A stretch of DNA of 64,000 bases, from IMG/VR virus record IMGVR_UViG_3300035698_015309; one strand, given 5' to 3'. The notes under the pieces were generated by a model. That model made no database searches and was not told the DNA's origin. It worked only from the letters and a program-made list of their open reading frames with translations. Position numbers and translations under genes: made by a program. This document shows, one piece after another, positions 46,152-56,339 of the stretch. Source of the DNA: a virus (taxonomy: Duplodnaviria > Heunggongvirae > Uroviricota > Caudoviricetes). Position 1 is the first letter of the stretch. Each line of letters opens with the position of its first letter.

Positions 46152-46356
46152 AGCGTCACAGAACCCCCACGAACCGTTCAAGCTGGTCTTCGTCTGGAGT
46201 GCTAGGGAGTGTCTCGCCTGCGGTGGGAACTTCTTGTTGGAACGGATGTACATCCACACCCAGGTGAACGAGGGCGGTGGCATCTCTGAGACATGCTACT
46301 GCAAAGGGTGCGGGAACATCCCTGATCGTCTCGTCCTGGCCAAAGGGGACGACTAA
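46135..46356 (+). CDS. zinc-ribbon small protein
   Basis: CLACGGNF...CYCKGCGN. Confidence 0.35.
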   Translation: MRWKSKASQNPHEPFKLVFVWSARECLACGGNFLLERMYIHTQVNEGGGISETCYCKGCGNIPDRLVLAKGDD

Positions 46357-46778
46357 TGGCCTTCTGGATCACGGACATGCTCAATGGTTCGGCAACAAAG
46401 GACGAGATGCTCTCTCGTGGGGTGATCATCCTCCAAAAAGGGCAGTTGACACACCCCTATGATGGTGGCAGTCACCACTATCAGGTAGGGAACACCCGGA
46501 TCAACAAACATGGGAATCTTCAGTTTTGGGTGACACCCTACAGGAGTTCCTTCCAAACACCCCTCATCGTCACCTTAGGTTTATGTGCGGGCCTGAGTAT
46601 GGGATGGCTCAATGGCAAAGCACCTGACTGGTGGACCCTTGGCCTTTGTATTGGGCTGGTGCTGGCGACCAGCGGTCTGGAAAAAGGCATCTACTGGGGG
46701 ATCATTGGGCGGCACAAGAAGGAATGGTTGGACAAGTTCCTTCGGGATAATGGGTTCCCACCCCCTTCGGAGGAGTAA
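46356..46778 (+). CDS. membrane protein
   Basis: TM helices in the C-terminal half. Confidence 0.4.
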   Translation: MAFWITDMLNGSATKDEMLSRGVIILQKGQLTHPYDGGSHHYQVGNTRINKHGNLQFWVTPYRSSFQTPLIVTLGLCAGLSMGWLNGKAPDWWTLGLCIGLVLATSGLEKGIYWGIIGRHKKEWLDKFLRDNGFPPPSEE

Positions 46779-47036
46779 ATGAGAAAACTCACCAAGCAAA
46801 TGGTGGAGACCACGGTTATCACCGAAATCAAATGTGACCTGTGCGGTAAAGACATCGGACCCACAGCGGAAGATGAGTTGGATGCTCAGGAAGCCATCAC
46901 CATCTGTTTTACCGGGGGCTATAGCTCGGTCTTCGGGGACATGGAGACCTTCAGGGCCGATCTGTGTCAGCATTGCCTGCATAAAAGACTCGGGGACGTG
47001 CTACGTCCCGTAGAGCAGGAGGAGGAAGAGGACTGA
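46779..47036 (+). CDS. zinc-ribbon small protein
   Basis: CDLCGKD...CQHC. Confidence 0.4.
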   Translation: MRKLTKQMVETTVITEIKCDLCGKDIGPTAEDELDAQEAITICFTGGYSSVFGDMETFRADLCQHCLHKRLGDVLRPVEQEEEED

Positions 47037-47464
47037 TGGCTACCTGGATTGGGGTGTCACCCTGGATGGTGGAGGAACGGGGGCTAACCCCTTTGAACCT
47101 GGGGCTGCAGTCCCTCAACAGGGGGCACGCCACCCTCGACGGGACCAAGTTCACGGTGTACGACGCTGAGATGAAGGAGGGAGCGTTAAGACTCCTGGTC
47201 ATCCCCTGGACCTCTCCCTTCCGTGGCATAATCTTCATTACGGTAGGGGTCCTCATCGGGACGGTCCTGGGGGCCATTGCCAAACTGAACATAAACTGGT
47301 GGTGGCCCGTGCTGACCTGGGTGATGTGTTCCCTTCTTTCCCTCGGGTCTGAGTTCGGGGCTGACTGGTGGTTCCGAGGCCGACACGTCAAGGAACGGAG
47401 AGCCAAGCTGTTGTTCCAGAACGACGGGATGGCCCTGATTGATCAGGAGGAAACCGATGGGTGA
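47036..47464 (+). CDS. membrane protein
   Basis: TM helices. Confidence 0.4.
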   Translation: MATWIGVSPWMVEERGLTPLNLGLQSLNRGHATLDGTKFTVYDAEMKEGALRLLVIPWTSPFRGIIFITVGVLIGTVLGAIAKLNINWWWPVLTWVMCSLLSLGSEFGADWWFRGRHVKERRAKLLFQNDGMALIDQEETDG

Positions 47465-47666
47465 CCTGATTGAAGCGCTCCAGATCCTCAAAGAGTACGG
47501 GAACCCACAGTCTCCCACGTGTTGCGGACACGACATTCTCTACGTCGGTATCGATCCCGAAGATGTGTCCGAGGATGACACAGCAAAACTGAACAAACTG
47601 GGCTTCCATGCTGCTGAGATTGGTAGTGAGTGCTGCTTCAAATCTTTCCGGTTCGGGTCGTATTGA
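47457..47666 (+). CDS. hypothetical small protein
   Basis: Coupled ATG MGDLIEALQ. Confidence 0.35.
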   Translation: MGDLIEALQILKEYGNPQSPTCCGHDILYVGIDPEDVSEDDTAKLNKLGFHAAEIGSECCFKSFRFGSY

Positions 47667-47682
47667 CAGAAGGAGAACTAGA

Positions 47683-48093
47683 ATGGCACAGAGGAGCTTC
47701 TACAAGGTCGTTTCCGTAGCAGGCGAAGGCAAACTCTATTCCGCCGCCGTCCGATGTCGGGGCTGGCGGAAACGGTACATCCCGAACCGTTGGGCTGAGG
47801 CCGAGACTGGTCTCTTTGTGTTCAGAACTCTTTATGATGCCAAAGTCTTCTGTAGCAGTGAGAAATTCAAGGATGACACCGAGATCTGGCAGTGTCAGAC
47901 CGAGAAGTCCATCCGGGTAAAGACCCACATCCTGGGTTACGTCGTAAAGGGAAGACCCAAGGATTTCAAAGCCTTCTGGGATGTTATGCGAAAGCCCCTC
48001 AAATGGGGTTGGAACTGGTCCTTCCCTTTCCTGCGTACCACGCCCAAGGGGACGGCGATGTACAAGCGAGTCAAGCTCCTCGAACGGGTTTAG
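47683..48093 (+). CDS. hypothetical protein
   Basis: AGAAGGAGAA RBS. Confidence 0.4.
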   Translation: MAQRSFYKVVSVAGEGKLYSAAVRCRGWRKRYIPNRWAEAETGLFVFRTLYDAKVFCSSEKFKDDTEIWQCQTEKSIRVKTHILGYVVKGRPKDFKAFWDVMRKPLKWGWNWSFPFLRTTPKGTAMYKRVKLLERV

Positions 48094-48096
48094 AGC

Positions 48097-48610
48097 TATG
48101 TTGATGAGGGAGCGGCAGCACGAAGCAATCCTGTGGCCTAACGAACGCTATCCCGAGAGCCATGTTGTTCGTGAGGGTGGCGGCAGGTTCTGTGTCCCGA
48201 TGGAGCAAGGAGATCATGGGAGGCTTTTCGTTTCCGTCCGTCCCGTACAACCCAAAGGTGACCTGATGAGGACCATCGACGTGCACAACAAACACCCCGT
48301 CCGCATCACCCTCACGGATAAGGGGCGGGTGCGTCTCCGTCAGGGCAAAGCTGACATTATATACGCCCCGTCAACGGCACGGGCTTGGGCCTGTCAGTTG
48401 TTGCAACTGGCTGCACTTGAAGCCCCCAACCGGGATGGTGAGCGGGTGATCCGGCGGGGGACGTGGGACGGTTCAGTGAATGTCCACACCAAACGGTGGG
48501 AAATGGTAACCCGTAGTAATAGCCTCCGGTTCACGGGAGTCGGATACGACACGATCTGGATGGTACAGGAAGCGATCAAGACAGCCTGCACCCAGGCTGT
48601 AAGGAGATGA
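48097..48610 (+). CDS. hypothetical protein
   Basis: ORF. Confidence 0.4.
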
Positions 48611-48906
48611 CGATGAGTAGGGAACGACCGACCGATGCTGAAATTCAAGAGGCTTTCAACGTACTGGGCGCAGCCGCTCTCGTTACGATGCCCACACCTT
48701 GCACGGTCAACCCCCTGACGGAGACAGGTCGAACACTGATGACAGCAATCCAGGGGATGCAGGAAGAACTGGAAGCTCGCCGTTTCGTAATGGCTGAACT
48801 TAGTGGTTGGGACAGGTGCCTCAGTGACTCAAAGCTGGCTACCAGGTTCGTGGTTGCCCAGAACAGGCTCAGGAAAGTCCACAACGAGCACCTCCCACCG
48901 GACTAG
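48607..48906 (+). CDS. hypothetical protein
   Basis: ATGA coupling. Confidence 0.35.
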   Translation: MTMSRERPTDAEIQEAFNVLGAAALVTMPTPCTVNPLTETGRTLMTAIQGMQEELEARRFVMAELSGWDRCLSDSKLATRFVVAQNRLRKVHNEHLPPD

Positions 48907-48952
48907 AGAGATTATCGGTGCCTCTGTCTGAGTAGACAGGGTAGGAGGCTTC

Positions 48953-49291
48953 ATGGCTGCACAAGAAACAAGGTACATCACCGTTCGGTACTGTACAGGT
49001 CACTCCTGGGGCCACTCAGCCTGGGTCCTCGTCGTCCTGGAAATCACGCCGGGATCAACCCTCAAGAAGGAGATGGAACTACTCCGGGACAGAATTGGCC
49101 AGGAGTGCAACTGGTCAGATCAGTACCGGGGAACCACGGTCGAGGCTGTTCTCGATGCGTACCTCACGGAGGAGTGGCTCCAGCGTCAGATCGAGGCGGG
49201 GGACAAAACCATCAGGAAAGCCACCGCCCAGGTCACCCACTTCCGGGGTATCCTGGAGCAGCAATACCCACCCAAGGACTCTGACGAGTAG
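48953..49291 (+). CDS. hypothetical protein
   Basis: GATTATC...GAGTAGAC plus AGGAGG upstream. Confidence 0.4.
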   Translation: MAAQETRYITVRYCTGHSWGHSAWVLVVLEITPGSTLKKEMELLRDRIGQECNWSDQYRGTTVEAVLDAYLTEEWLQRQIEAGDKTIRKATAQVTHFRGILEQQYPPKDSDE

Positions 49292-49310
49292 ACGGGATAG
49301 GAGGAACACA

Positions 49311-49460
49311 ATGGCCCACGAGTATGAATCCAAGCGAGCGACGGTCAAGGTCCTGCGTGCCGACAACTTCCTGGTTATCGTGACCGAAGACGGCGACATC
49401 TACTATTGCAAGCGCACGGGTACGCTCAAACACGTCGTCGGGGGCACCAAGGGTGCATGA
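49311..49460 (+). CDS. hypothetical 49-aa protein
   Basis: GAGTAGAC plus AGGAGG upstream. Confidence 0.3.
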   Translation: MAHEYESKRATVKVLRADNFLVIVTEDGDIYYCKRTGTLKHVVGGTKGA

Positions 49461-49538
49461 GCAGCAACCAAAAACCTACCTGACTCTCCTTTTTTCTCGG
49501 TGATCCTTTTATAACCTCCACGTTGGTATAGTGGAGGC

Positions 49539-49745
49539 ATGAAACGAACCATGATCGTCCGAGTGACCACAACCGAATTTGAAACGTCTGATGGACGGGT
49601 GATCCCACACCCCATTCCGTTTGATCCCGATGAGGTGCCTACCGTCGAAGAGTTCCAACAACAGTACAACAGGTGGCGCAAGGTCTTTGAAGATCAAGGA
49701 CTGGTGTTTCCCATACCTGATGCGGGAGATGAGGATGCTGACTGA
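49539..49745 (+). CDS. hypothetical small protein. 3' end overlaps the tnpA start and may be truncated by, or part of, the IS607 element.
   Basis: Hairpin CCTCCAC-N9-GTGGAGG embeds the RBS. Confidence 0.3.
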   Translation: MKRTMIVRVTTTEFETSDGRVIPHPIPFDPDEVPTVEEFQQQYNRWRKVFEDQGLVFPIPDAGDEDAD

Positions 49746-50376
49746 TCGTCTCCTAGCTCTCACCAAAGCAGCCGAAGCTCTTGGTGTTCACCGGAATACG
49801 CTTCGGGACTGGGCTGATGAAGACAAGATCCCTCACGTTCGCACCGTGGGTGGGCATCGCCGTTTCAAGCAATCAGACATTGACAGGTTGCTGGGCAATC
49901 TCCCAATCGATAAACAGCAAACGGAACGAGTTGTTATCTACTGCCGTGTGTCCAGCCACGATCAGAAAAAGTCAGGCGATCTTGAACGTCAGGCTGGACG
50001 GGTCACGATACACAGCATCACGAAGCAGTACAAGTTGGTCGAAGTGCTTCAAGACGTTGGGTCGGGCATGTCAGACACACGCCCAAAACTCCGAAAGTTG
50101 TTCAAACTGGTCAATGCCCATGAAATAGATAGGGTGGTTGTTGAACACAAAGACCGCCTGACTCGCTTCGGGTTCAATCTGGTCAATGCTTACTTCAACA
50201 GTCATGGTGTCACCATCGAGTGGACACAAGAAGTCCTTGGCAAAGGCTATCAGGAAGAGTTGGTCGAAGACATTTTGACGCTCATGTCGTCGTTCTCCGC
50301 TAAGATTTATGGCAAACGTTCGGCAGAACGACGTAAGGCCAAGAAAGCAGCAGAAGCGGCAGAGACAGTCAAATGA
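49720..50376 (+). CDS. tnpA: IS607 TnpA: MerR-like HTH fused to a serine-recombinase catalytic domain (start ATG 49720-49735)
   Basis: LTKAAEALGVHRNTLRDWADEDKIPHVRTVGGHRRF then VVIYCRVSSHDQ (catalytic Ser) ...RQ. Confidence 0.8.
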   Translation: MREMRMLTDRLLALTKAAEALGVHRNTLRDWADEDKIPHVRTVGGHRRFKQSDIDRLLGNLPIDKQQTERVVIYCRVSSHDQKKSGDLERQAGRVTIHSITKQYKLVEVLQDVGSGMSDTRPKLRKLFKLVNAHEIDRVVVEHKDRLTRFGFNLVNAYFNSHGVTIEWTQEVLGKGYQEELVEDILTLMSSFSAKIYGKRSAERRKAKKAAEAAETVK

Positions 50377-51797
50377 AATGTCGCATCTTCCGACTTCATA
50401 AAGATACCAATCAGTCCAAAATCGACAAGTTGGAAGTCCTACACAATGCCTACGTCAAGTACGTCCGTATCTGCGTACAAACGATGCTTGACCAGCGGGT
50501 CTATAATCTCCCGAAAGCCGCCAAACAAACGTTCTTCCCACGGGCCACCAACCTTACGTCTCAGATCGAAAAGAACGCACGAGACCATGCAATACAAATC
50601 GTGAGCGCTTGGGCGAAAGCTACTTATGCTCGTAAGTTGAAGCCAACCATTACCAACCTTAAGCATGACGGTACCCTTACCGATCAGGATGCCAAAGCAC
50701 TCTATGTCATCGGATTGAAGTCCATCAGTAAACCGTGGAAAGTTATTACTCAAGACCATCTCGACGCCTACCACACCCTGTTGGACACCTACGGAGGTAA
50801 TAAGCCTATCGTAAGAAACAACCTACCCATGAGGTTGTCGGAGATGACGGCTCGATTGGAAGATACATCGAAGGCCCCTCTCGGGGATTTCTGGCTGAGA
50901 GTATCCTCGTTAGAAGCTCGTAAGTCCGTCTGGTTACCCCTCGTTGGGAATCCTTACATCCAACAGGCTGATCAGGTCAGTAAAGGCATTTCGGTCCGCA
51001 AGACCAAGCGAGGCTTCTGGCGCTTTGAAGCTGTCAGCAAGGCCGAGTGGGCCGTTCCTGAAGCACAGGAGGGTTGGCCTAAGTTGGGCGTTGACGTTGG
51101 TCTGAACGTCCTTGCAGCTACCTCAGATGGAGTGACCTATGGTGAGCACGTCAAGCCCAAATTCGATAAGCTCTATGCTCGTGTCAGAAATCTCCGAGCA
51201 AATCGCCAACGACAGGATTTGAAAGACAACAGTCCAAGGTTAGATCACCTTGAGAGCAAGTTGAGTGGGTTGATCAAGACAGAAACGGGTCGTGTGGTGA
51301 ATACCCTCATCGCCCGTCATCCCGAGACGGTGTTCGTAGTCGAAGATCTTGATCTTCGAGGTTGCCGGGGTCAAAAGCGGTTCGCTTACAGGGCGTTACA
51401 GATCAACTTGGAAAGGAAGGCTCCAACAAAGAAAGTGAACCCTGCTTACACGTCGCAGGAGTGTCCTTCTTGTGGTTATGTTCATCGAGGAAACCGAAGT
51501 TCAATAAGGTTCCGTTGCCGCTGTTGTGGCAGGAAGGCTCACGCTGATTGGGTAGGAAGTGCTGGTGTGCTCAGACGTTCTGGGAACGAACACATTGGAA
51601 CTGGTGATCACCCACGAGGCGTAAAACGAGTGCTGAGAGAGCGATTCCGTCTTCGACGGACCAGTTCCTTGGGATTCGGGCGAAAAGAGCAACCGTCATT
51701 CGAGCCCTTACCGTTGGGCCGGAGGCTTACTACCGTTGGATCAGATTCGTCTGGCAGCGGCACAGCTTCAAACTTGATGCCTAGTAGATTCAAGTAG
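50373..51797 (+). CDS. tnpB: TnpB (RuvC + zinc finger), intact stop
   Basis: ~90% identical to 7773..9281. CPSCGYVHRGN...CRCCGRKAHADW. Confidence 0.85.
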   Translation: MKCRIFRLHKDTNQSKIDKLEVLHNAYVKYVRICVQTMLDQRVYNLPKAAKQTFFPRATNLTSQIEKNARDHAIQIVSAWAKATYARKLKPTITNLKHDGTLTDQDAKALYVIGLKSISKPWKVITQDHLDAYHTLLDTYGGNKPIVRNNLPMRLSEMTARLEDTSKAPLGDFWLRVSSLEARKSVWLPLVGNPYIQQADQVSKGISVRKTKRGFWRFEAVSKAEWAVPEAQEGWPKLGVDVGLNVLAATSDGVTYGEHVKPKFDKLYARVRNLRANRQRQDLKDNSPRLDHLESKLSGLIKTETGRVVNTLIARHPETVFVVEDLDLRGCRGQKRFAYRALQINLERKAPTKKVNPAYTSQECPSCGYVHRGNRSSIRFRCRCCGRKAHADWVGSAGVLRRSGNEHIGTGDHPRGVKRVLRERFRLRRTSSLGFGRKEQPSFEPLPLGRRLTTVGSDSSGSGTASNLMPSRFK

Positions 51798-52008
51798 GTT
51801 TTGAGGAACGGTTTACGCCACCCTCTCCATCTGTGTAAGAGACTTGGTGCAAACCCTGGACCCGAATGCTTTCATCCTGCATCACGACATCAAACACCCG
51901 CTGATCAGGGCTCTCCTGGCCAGCGGACTTTTCGAGGACACGGGTAAGGTCGCAAGCTACGGGTTCGTCTTTGATCGGCCCGTGTGGAAACTACTTAAGG
52001 AGGACTGA

Positions 52009-52261
52009 AATGCCACTTCTCGTCGCCATCGTTATCATCCTCGTCGCAGTCGGGGCATACTTCTTCGTCCGTTGGATCCTGGGCCTACGTGCGGACGCAA
52101 AGGGCGCACGCCAAGCCACGGACCTGATCATGCGGGACGCCGTCGCTGATGTCCACAAGGCCCTGGAGGACATGCGGTCCACTGCCGGGGACGTGAAGGT
52201 CGACAAAGCCGTCCGGGTGCTCAACATCTTGGTCCAGGAATACAACCGCCGCCAGAGGTAG
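52009..52261 (+). CDS. small membrane protein
   Basis: MPLLVAIVIILVAVGAYFFV. Confidence 0.35.
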
Positions 52262-52332
52262 CTGCCGGGATCATCCTGGCCAGTGGCTGAGTAGAGTGTG
52301 TGAGGGACAAAGACCCGGACAAGGAGCATCCA

Positions 52333-52755
52333 ATGAGCCACATGCTACGACACCCCAAGGAACTGCTACGACAGTACAAGGAACTCGGATGGCTCATTCC
52401 CCGACGTGTCCTAGCGGTCTTCACGGACAAGAAGAACGGGACGGGCAAGTACCGCACGGTGATGCTCCTTGATGGACACACCCATATCATCCCCATCCCT
52501 GCAATGGGGGATGCGAACTTCAGGCGGGAACTGAGGGACGCCCTTGAGTTCAGGCACCTGACCTTCATCGTGGACTTTGGGTGGATACATATGCCATCCG
52601 TCGAAGCGGTCTATCATGATCCCAAGATAAGATCCGACGTCATTTTACTCCGGGGCCAGACTCATCCCGTCAAGGTGCCCACGATCGCCGTGGACAGACT
52701 GGAAACAGCCCTGGCCAAGCACGCCTCCCGCAAAGAGCCCGGCCCATGCCCCTAA
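52333..52755 (+). CDS. hypothetical protein
   Basis: Motif plus hairpin plus AAGGAG upstream. Confidence 0.4.
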   Translation: MSHMLRHPKELLRQYKELGWLIPRRVLAVFTDKKNGTGKYRTVMLLDGHTHIIPIPAMGDANFRRELRDALEFRHLTFIVDFGWIHMPSVEAVYHDPKIRSDVILLRGQTHPVKVPTIAVDRLETALAKHASRKEPGPCP

Positions 52756-53189
52756 GCATCTCGATAACGCCTTACAGCACGGCTCAGGCCGTCTGGGACG
52801 CCTACATCAAGAGCATCTCGGAGGACGCCGGGGTTGACCTAACGGAGTGCTCCATGGAGGCGGTCAGCGCCGAGGGCGACGACGTCAGTGTCCCCGTTCA
52901 GGACATGCTCGGCTTCATCGAAAGGATGGGGGCCTGGGGCTGGGTAGAAGAAGCCACCAACGAGATCCACATCTGGTTCGAGGAAGGATGCTCCCCCAGG
53001 CGGAAGCTCCAGGTGCTCGGACACGAGCTTGGGCACGTGCTCACGGACAACCCCTTCGAGCCCGGAGGCCAGACCGAGGATCAGCGTGTTGTGGAGGACG
53101 AACAGCGGGCCGACTTGGTCAGCGACCTGATCCTCCAGATCGTGGAAACTGCTGGTCTACTGGAACCGGAGGTTACTGATGAGGGCTGA
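52746..53189 (+). CDS. putative zinc metallopeptidase (HELGHVL, ImmA/IrrE/DUF955-like)
   Basis: HExxH motif VLGHELGHVLTDNPF. Confidence 0.45.
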   Translation: MPLSISITPYSTAQAVWDAYIKSISEDAGVDLTECSMEAVSAEGDDVSVPVQDMLGFIERMGAWGWVEEATNEIHIWFEEGCSPRRKLQVLGHELGHVLTDNPFEPGGQTEDQRVVEDEQRADLVSDLILQIVETAGLLEPEVTDEG

Positions 53190-53373
53190 CGAGCTTCCCA
53201 ACCCCATTCGGCACCACTATTCGGTGGAACAGCTTACTCGTTGTGTGCGGATCGTGCGTAGTCCTACCAAGGACCGAAGAATCACCATCCACTTCCCGGA
53301 CGAAACCCACCTGTGGCTTTGCTCGAACTTGACGGGATGGGTGTGCAAAGCCAGGCACAAAGGAGAGGTCACA

Positions 53374-53960
53374 TGTTAGACTCAGGTGCTGCTTCCTCAT
53401 CAGGTTCGGGTTTGGCCTTACTTTTGGCGGTCCTTAGTACAGCCGGAATCCTGGCTATCGTGCTTGGGGTCCGAGCAGCCCGCAATCGCATCAAGGCCCG
53501 TCGAGTCCCTGAGTGGGTCGGACGCTTCAGGGACATTTTCAACCAACAGGACCTGTTCAAGCAGTCTGTCATGCCTGCCCACTTCGTCTTCCTCCGTGAC
53601 GACATGTTGCAGGTCCGGCTCACCTACTATCGGAATGGTGTACTTGTGTTCTGGGCGCACTCGGGCCTTTGTGTTAGCATCGCTGACACACCCGAGCATT
53701 CACCCCCGAAAACGATCTCGGATCTGAACAGGTCCCACTGGATGCTCGTAGCCGACAGTGTAGCTCAGACGTGGGAGAATGGACCTTGGAACCCCGCTGT
53801 AGAACAAGCCTTGGTCGCTGTGGAGTGTGCCATTGTGGAGGTCTTAAACCGACGACGGCTGGATGCCGAGGAACGCCGGACCACCAAGAAGGACTCCCTT
53901 CAGACTCGACATGAAGCCTGGACAGTTCCCGACGACGGTTCGCACCCACTTTCCCGCTAG
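53374..53960 (+). CDS. membrane-anchored hypothetical protein
   Basis: N-terminal TM LALLLAVLSTAGILAIVLGV. Confidence 0.4.
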
Positions 53961-53966
53961 GGCAAC

Positions 53967-54176
53967 ATGCCCGGACACGACTGCCACTTCCTGACCTATA
54001 GGGTAGAACTCAACTACGACACGAAACGCTGGGAGGTGAAGCACGCTTCAGGTTACGTTGTAGCCGACACCCGGACCCGCAACGAGGCCCTCCTGATCCG
54101 GCGACGGTTGCGGGCCATCCAGGTTGACATCACAGACACCTTGCAAAGAGGGTCATCCGAGGCATCCTTAGAGTAG
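53967..54176 (+). CDS. hypothetical small protein
   Basis: ORF. Confidence 0.35.
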   Translation: MPGHDCHFLTYRVELNYDTKRWEVKHASGYVVADTRTRNEALLIRRRLRAIQVDITDTLQRGSSEASLE

Positions 54177-54224
54177 ATGTAGTAGGGGTACCCGGAAAAA
54201 CAGGCCCGAACCCAAGGAGTGATT

Positions 54225-54440
54225 ATGACAGACGCAACAAAGAAGACCCGCATCGTGATCAGTACAGGCGGTCTGCACTGCGGAAAGTACGAACCATCTG
54301 AGGAGACACTCAGGAAACTTAAGGGAGTCATCGTGGATGCAGTGGGGAAACAACTGAGGGGTGAGGCTGGTCCCAGCGAACCCTGGCCCTTTGACCCGGT
54401 CCTTCCCATCAAGGGATCATCTGAGGACTCCGCAGAGTAG
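54225..54440 (+). CDS. hypothetical small protein
   Basis: GAGTAGA plus AAGGAG upstream. Confidence 0.35.
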   Translation: MTDATKKTRIVISTGGLHCGKYEPSEETLRKLKGVIVDAVGKQLRGEAGPSEPWPFDPVLPIKGSSEDSAE

Positions 54441-54479
54441 CTCAAGTGACCGTAGAGAAAAAAACGGAGGACGACTTAG

Positions 54480-54671
54480 GTGGGAACTGCCAACCAAGCG
54501 ATACCGAAGATTGAGGATCTCGCCACGGAGTTGTGGGTCTTAGCACAACTTCTACCCGGTGAGGGTATCGAGGATGGTATAGGACGTCTGACTGAGCACC
54601 TCCTTAAAACGGGGTTGGTCGGATTGCAAGACGACTGTGGGGATCCAAAAAAGGAAGGGCTGATCCGATGA
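54480..54671 (+). CDS. hypothetical small protein (GTG start)
   Basis: Motif at 54415-54442 plus ACGGAGG. Confidence 0.3.
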   Translation: MGTANQAIPKIEDLATELWVLAQLLPGEGIEDGIGRLTEHLLKTGLVGLQDDCGDPKKEGLIR

Positions 54672-55012
54672 TCACCTGTTGCGAGCAATGGGCCAAACTC
54701 CGCAGGGACTTCCATGTGACCCTGAGGGTGCTCCATACCCTGGGAGCCAACACCCCCAGGCACACGACGCAGTTGTACCAGATCCTCCAGCGGACACGGG
54801 GACAGGGGTACATCGACCTCGTGACCAGTGAGCGGTGTCCGTGCAACGAGTGCCCCGACCCAGCGCTTGTCAGGGAGTTCGTTTCCCGTATGCTGACCCG
54901 GCACCCAGAGGGTGTAAAGAACCACGCCGCTGTGGATGCACTGGCCACTGAGATCCTGGGGGACATCGACAAGGAGCGGCTTGCGGCTCTGCATCGTGCG
55001 GAGGGGGGCTGA
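54668..55012 (+). CDS. hypothetical protein
   Basis: ATGA coupling. Confidence 0.4.
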   Translation: MITCCEQWAKLRRDFHVTLRVLHTLGANTPRHTTQLYQILQRTRGQGYIDLVTSERCPCNECPDPALVREFVSRMLTRHPEGVKNHAAVDALATEILGDIDKERLAALHRAEGG

Positions 55013-55014
55013 CA

Positions 55015-55313
55015 TGGGCTTCAAATGCGGCAACGACCCAATGGGGACACTGACAATCCACGCCGAGGGAGGAGACCTTTCATTCAAGGTGACCTTTGAC
55101 GGCGGAGGTGCTGGGGAAAATAAGAGTGTGATACTGGACGCAGCGCTTTCACAGTCCTGGATGAAAGTCCCGATCACGCTCGTCCTACGTGACGAGACCG
55201 TGGTGGACCGGGAACCCCGGCACATCTACTACGACGCTCTTTCAATGTTCGACTGCGCCTACTATATCGACCCCGCCCGTGACTGGTGGGGTGTCGTTGG
55301 AGTAGAGCGATGA
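55015..55313 (+). CDS. hypothetical protein
   Basis: ORF. Confidence 0.35.
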
Positions 55314-55358
55314 TGTCTAGTGTTGTGTTCAATGTGTAACTGACCGAAGGAGGTCCCA

Positions 55359-55994
55359 ATGTATCTTTTCGTACTGGCCGCTATTTCCACCGGGTGTGGG
55401 TTCCTCATAGAGCGAATCTGTGGGTGGACGGAACCTTGCGTAAGCACCGCCGCAAAAATGTGCGCTCCAGACGCTGTGTCGTGGTCCTCCGTCCCGCTTA
55501 CGTTGTCCATGATCTTTTTCTTCATTGCTCTCGTTCTGGTCATCATAGCCCTTATGACCAGCCTGATCGAACGGTCGGAACAAGTCTTTGGCAAAGAGTC
55601 CCTTCGTTGTATGCTGGCCAAGTTCGGTCACCGGCACTCCAGATGGTTGGTTCTGTCGGACATCCTCAAAAACTACGTGGGGGAGAAATACCCGACACTA
55701 GAGAAGGAGATCTTCGCCTCTCTGTCACAAAAGGATCTCACAGGGTTAGCTGCGGACTTCCCTGAACTTCAGTCTGCCACCACCCTTTTGGAGTTCTGCA
55801 AACGCCTCCAGGGACTCTACGACGAGATGTGGGCGCTGGCTGAGGAAATCGAGGATACGAAACAGGCCATGCGCTACCGCACCCAGGACCTGTGGGTACC
55901 CTTCTCCTCCTTCATCCCCAAACTGGATGAAGACGAGTTCGACTTCATCCTTCCGGCCAACCCTCTGGTCTCGGACAAGCCCGTCGAGGAGTAG
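55359..55994 (+). CDS. membrane protein
   Basis: Two N-terminal TM helices. AAGGAGG RBS. Confidence 0.4.
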   Translation: MYLFVLAAISTGCGFLIERICGWTEPCVSTAAKMCAPDAVSWSSVPLTLSMIFFFIALVLVIIALMTSLIERSEQVFGKESLRCMLAKFGHRHSRWLVLSDILKNYVGEKYPTLEKEIFASLSQKDLTGLAADFPELQSATTLLEFCKRLQGLYDEMWALAEEIEDTKQAMRYRTQDLWVPFSSFIPKLDEDEFDFILPANPLVSDKPVEE

Positions 55995-55999
55995 CCCCG

Positions 56000-56251
56000 A
56001 TGCCTAGCTGGGAACAGATGCAGCAGATGCCGGGGTTCGGGACGTGCAAAGCCTGCGGACAGAAGCGCCGGGGTCGGTGTCTTGACGGCAACAAGCCGGT
56101 GAGGGGTCGCTACAAGAATGGGGTGGCATATGTCCTCGGCGGCTGCACCGCAGGGTGGATCCCTCGGTACAAGAACCGGAAACGAGGGGTGTCCACCACG
56201 TCCGTGGGCGGCGGCTGGTCAATGAGCCGACCGCATGTCAGGGGAACATAA
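56000..56251 (+). CDS. Cys-rich small protein
   Basis: FGTCKACGQKRRGRC. Confidence 0.35.
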   Translation: MPSWEQMQQMPGFGTCKACGQKRRGRCLDGNKPVRGRYKNGVAYVLGGCTAGWIPRYKNRKRGVSTTSVGGGWSMSRPHVRGT

Positions 56252-56339
56252 AGAACTAACACTGTCGATCACCTTAAGTGGGTGTCCTATGGGATCATCT
56301 CGTCAGGCGGCAGAGTAGTCTGGGTAGGAGGACACCACA

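Larger units (their letters stand above)
49700..51812 (+). mobile_element. IS607-family insertion sequence (tnpA serine recombinase + tnpB). Left boundary approximate; RE ends GGAACGGT at 51812.
   Basis: Canonical IS607 gene pair with a 4-nt overlap. RE/omega-RNA scaffold shared with the other copies (terminal hairpin CCTAGTAGATTCAAGTAGG covaries with CCTGTTACATTTTAGCAGG). Confidence 0.7.
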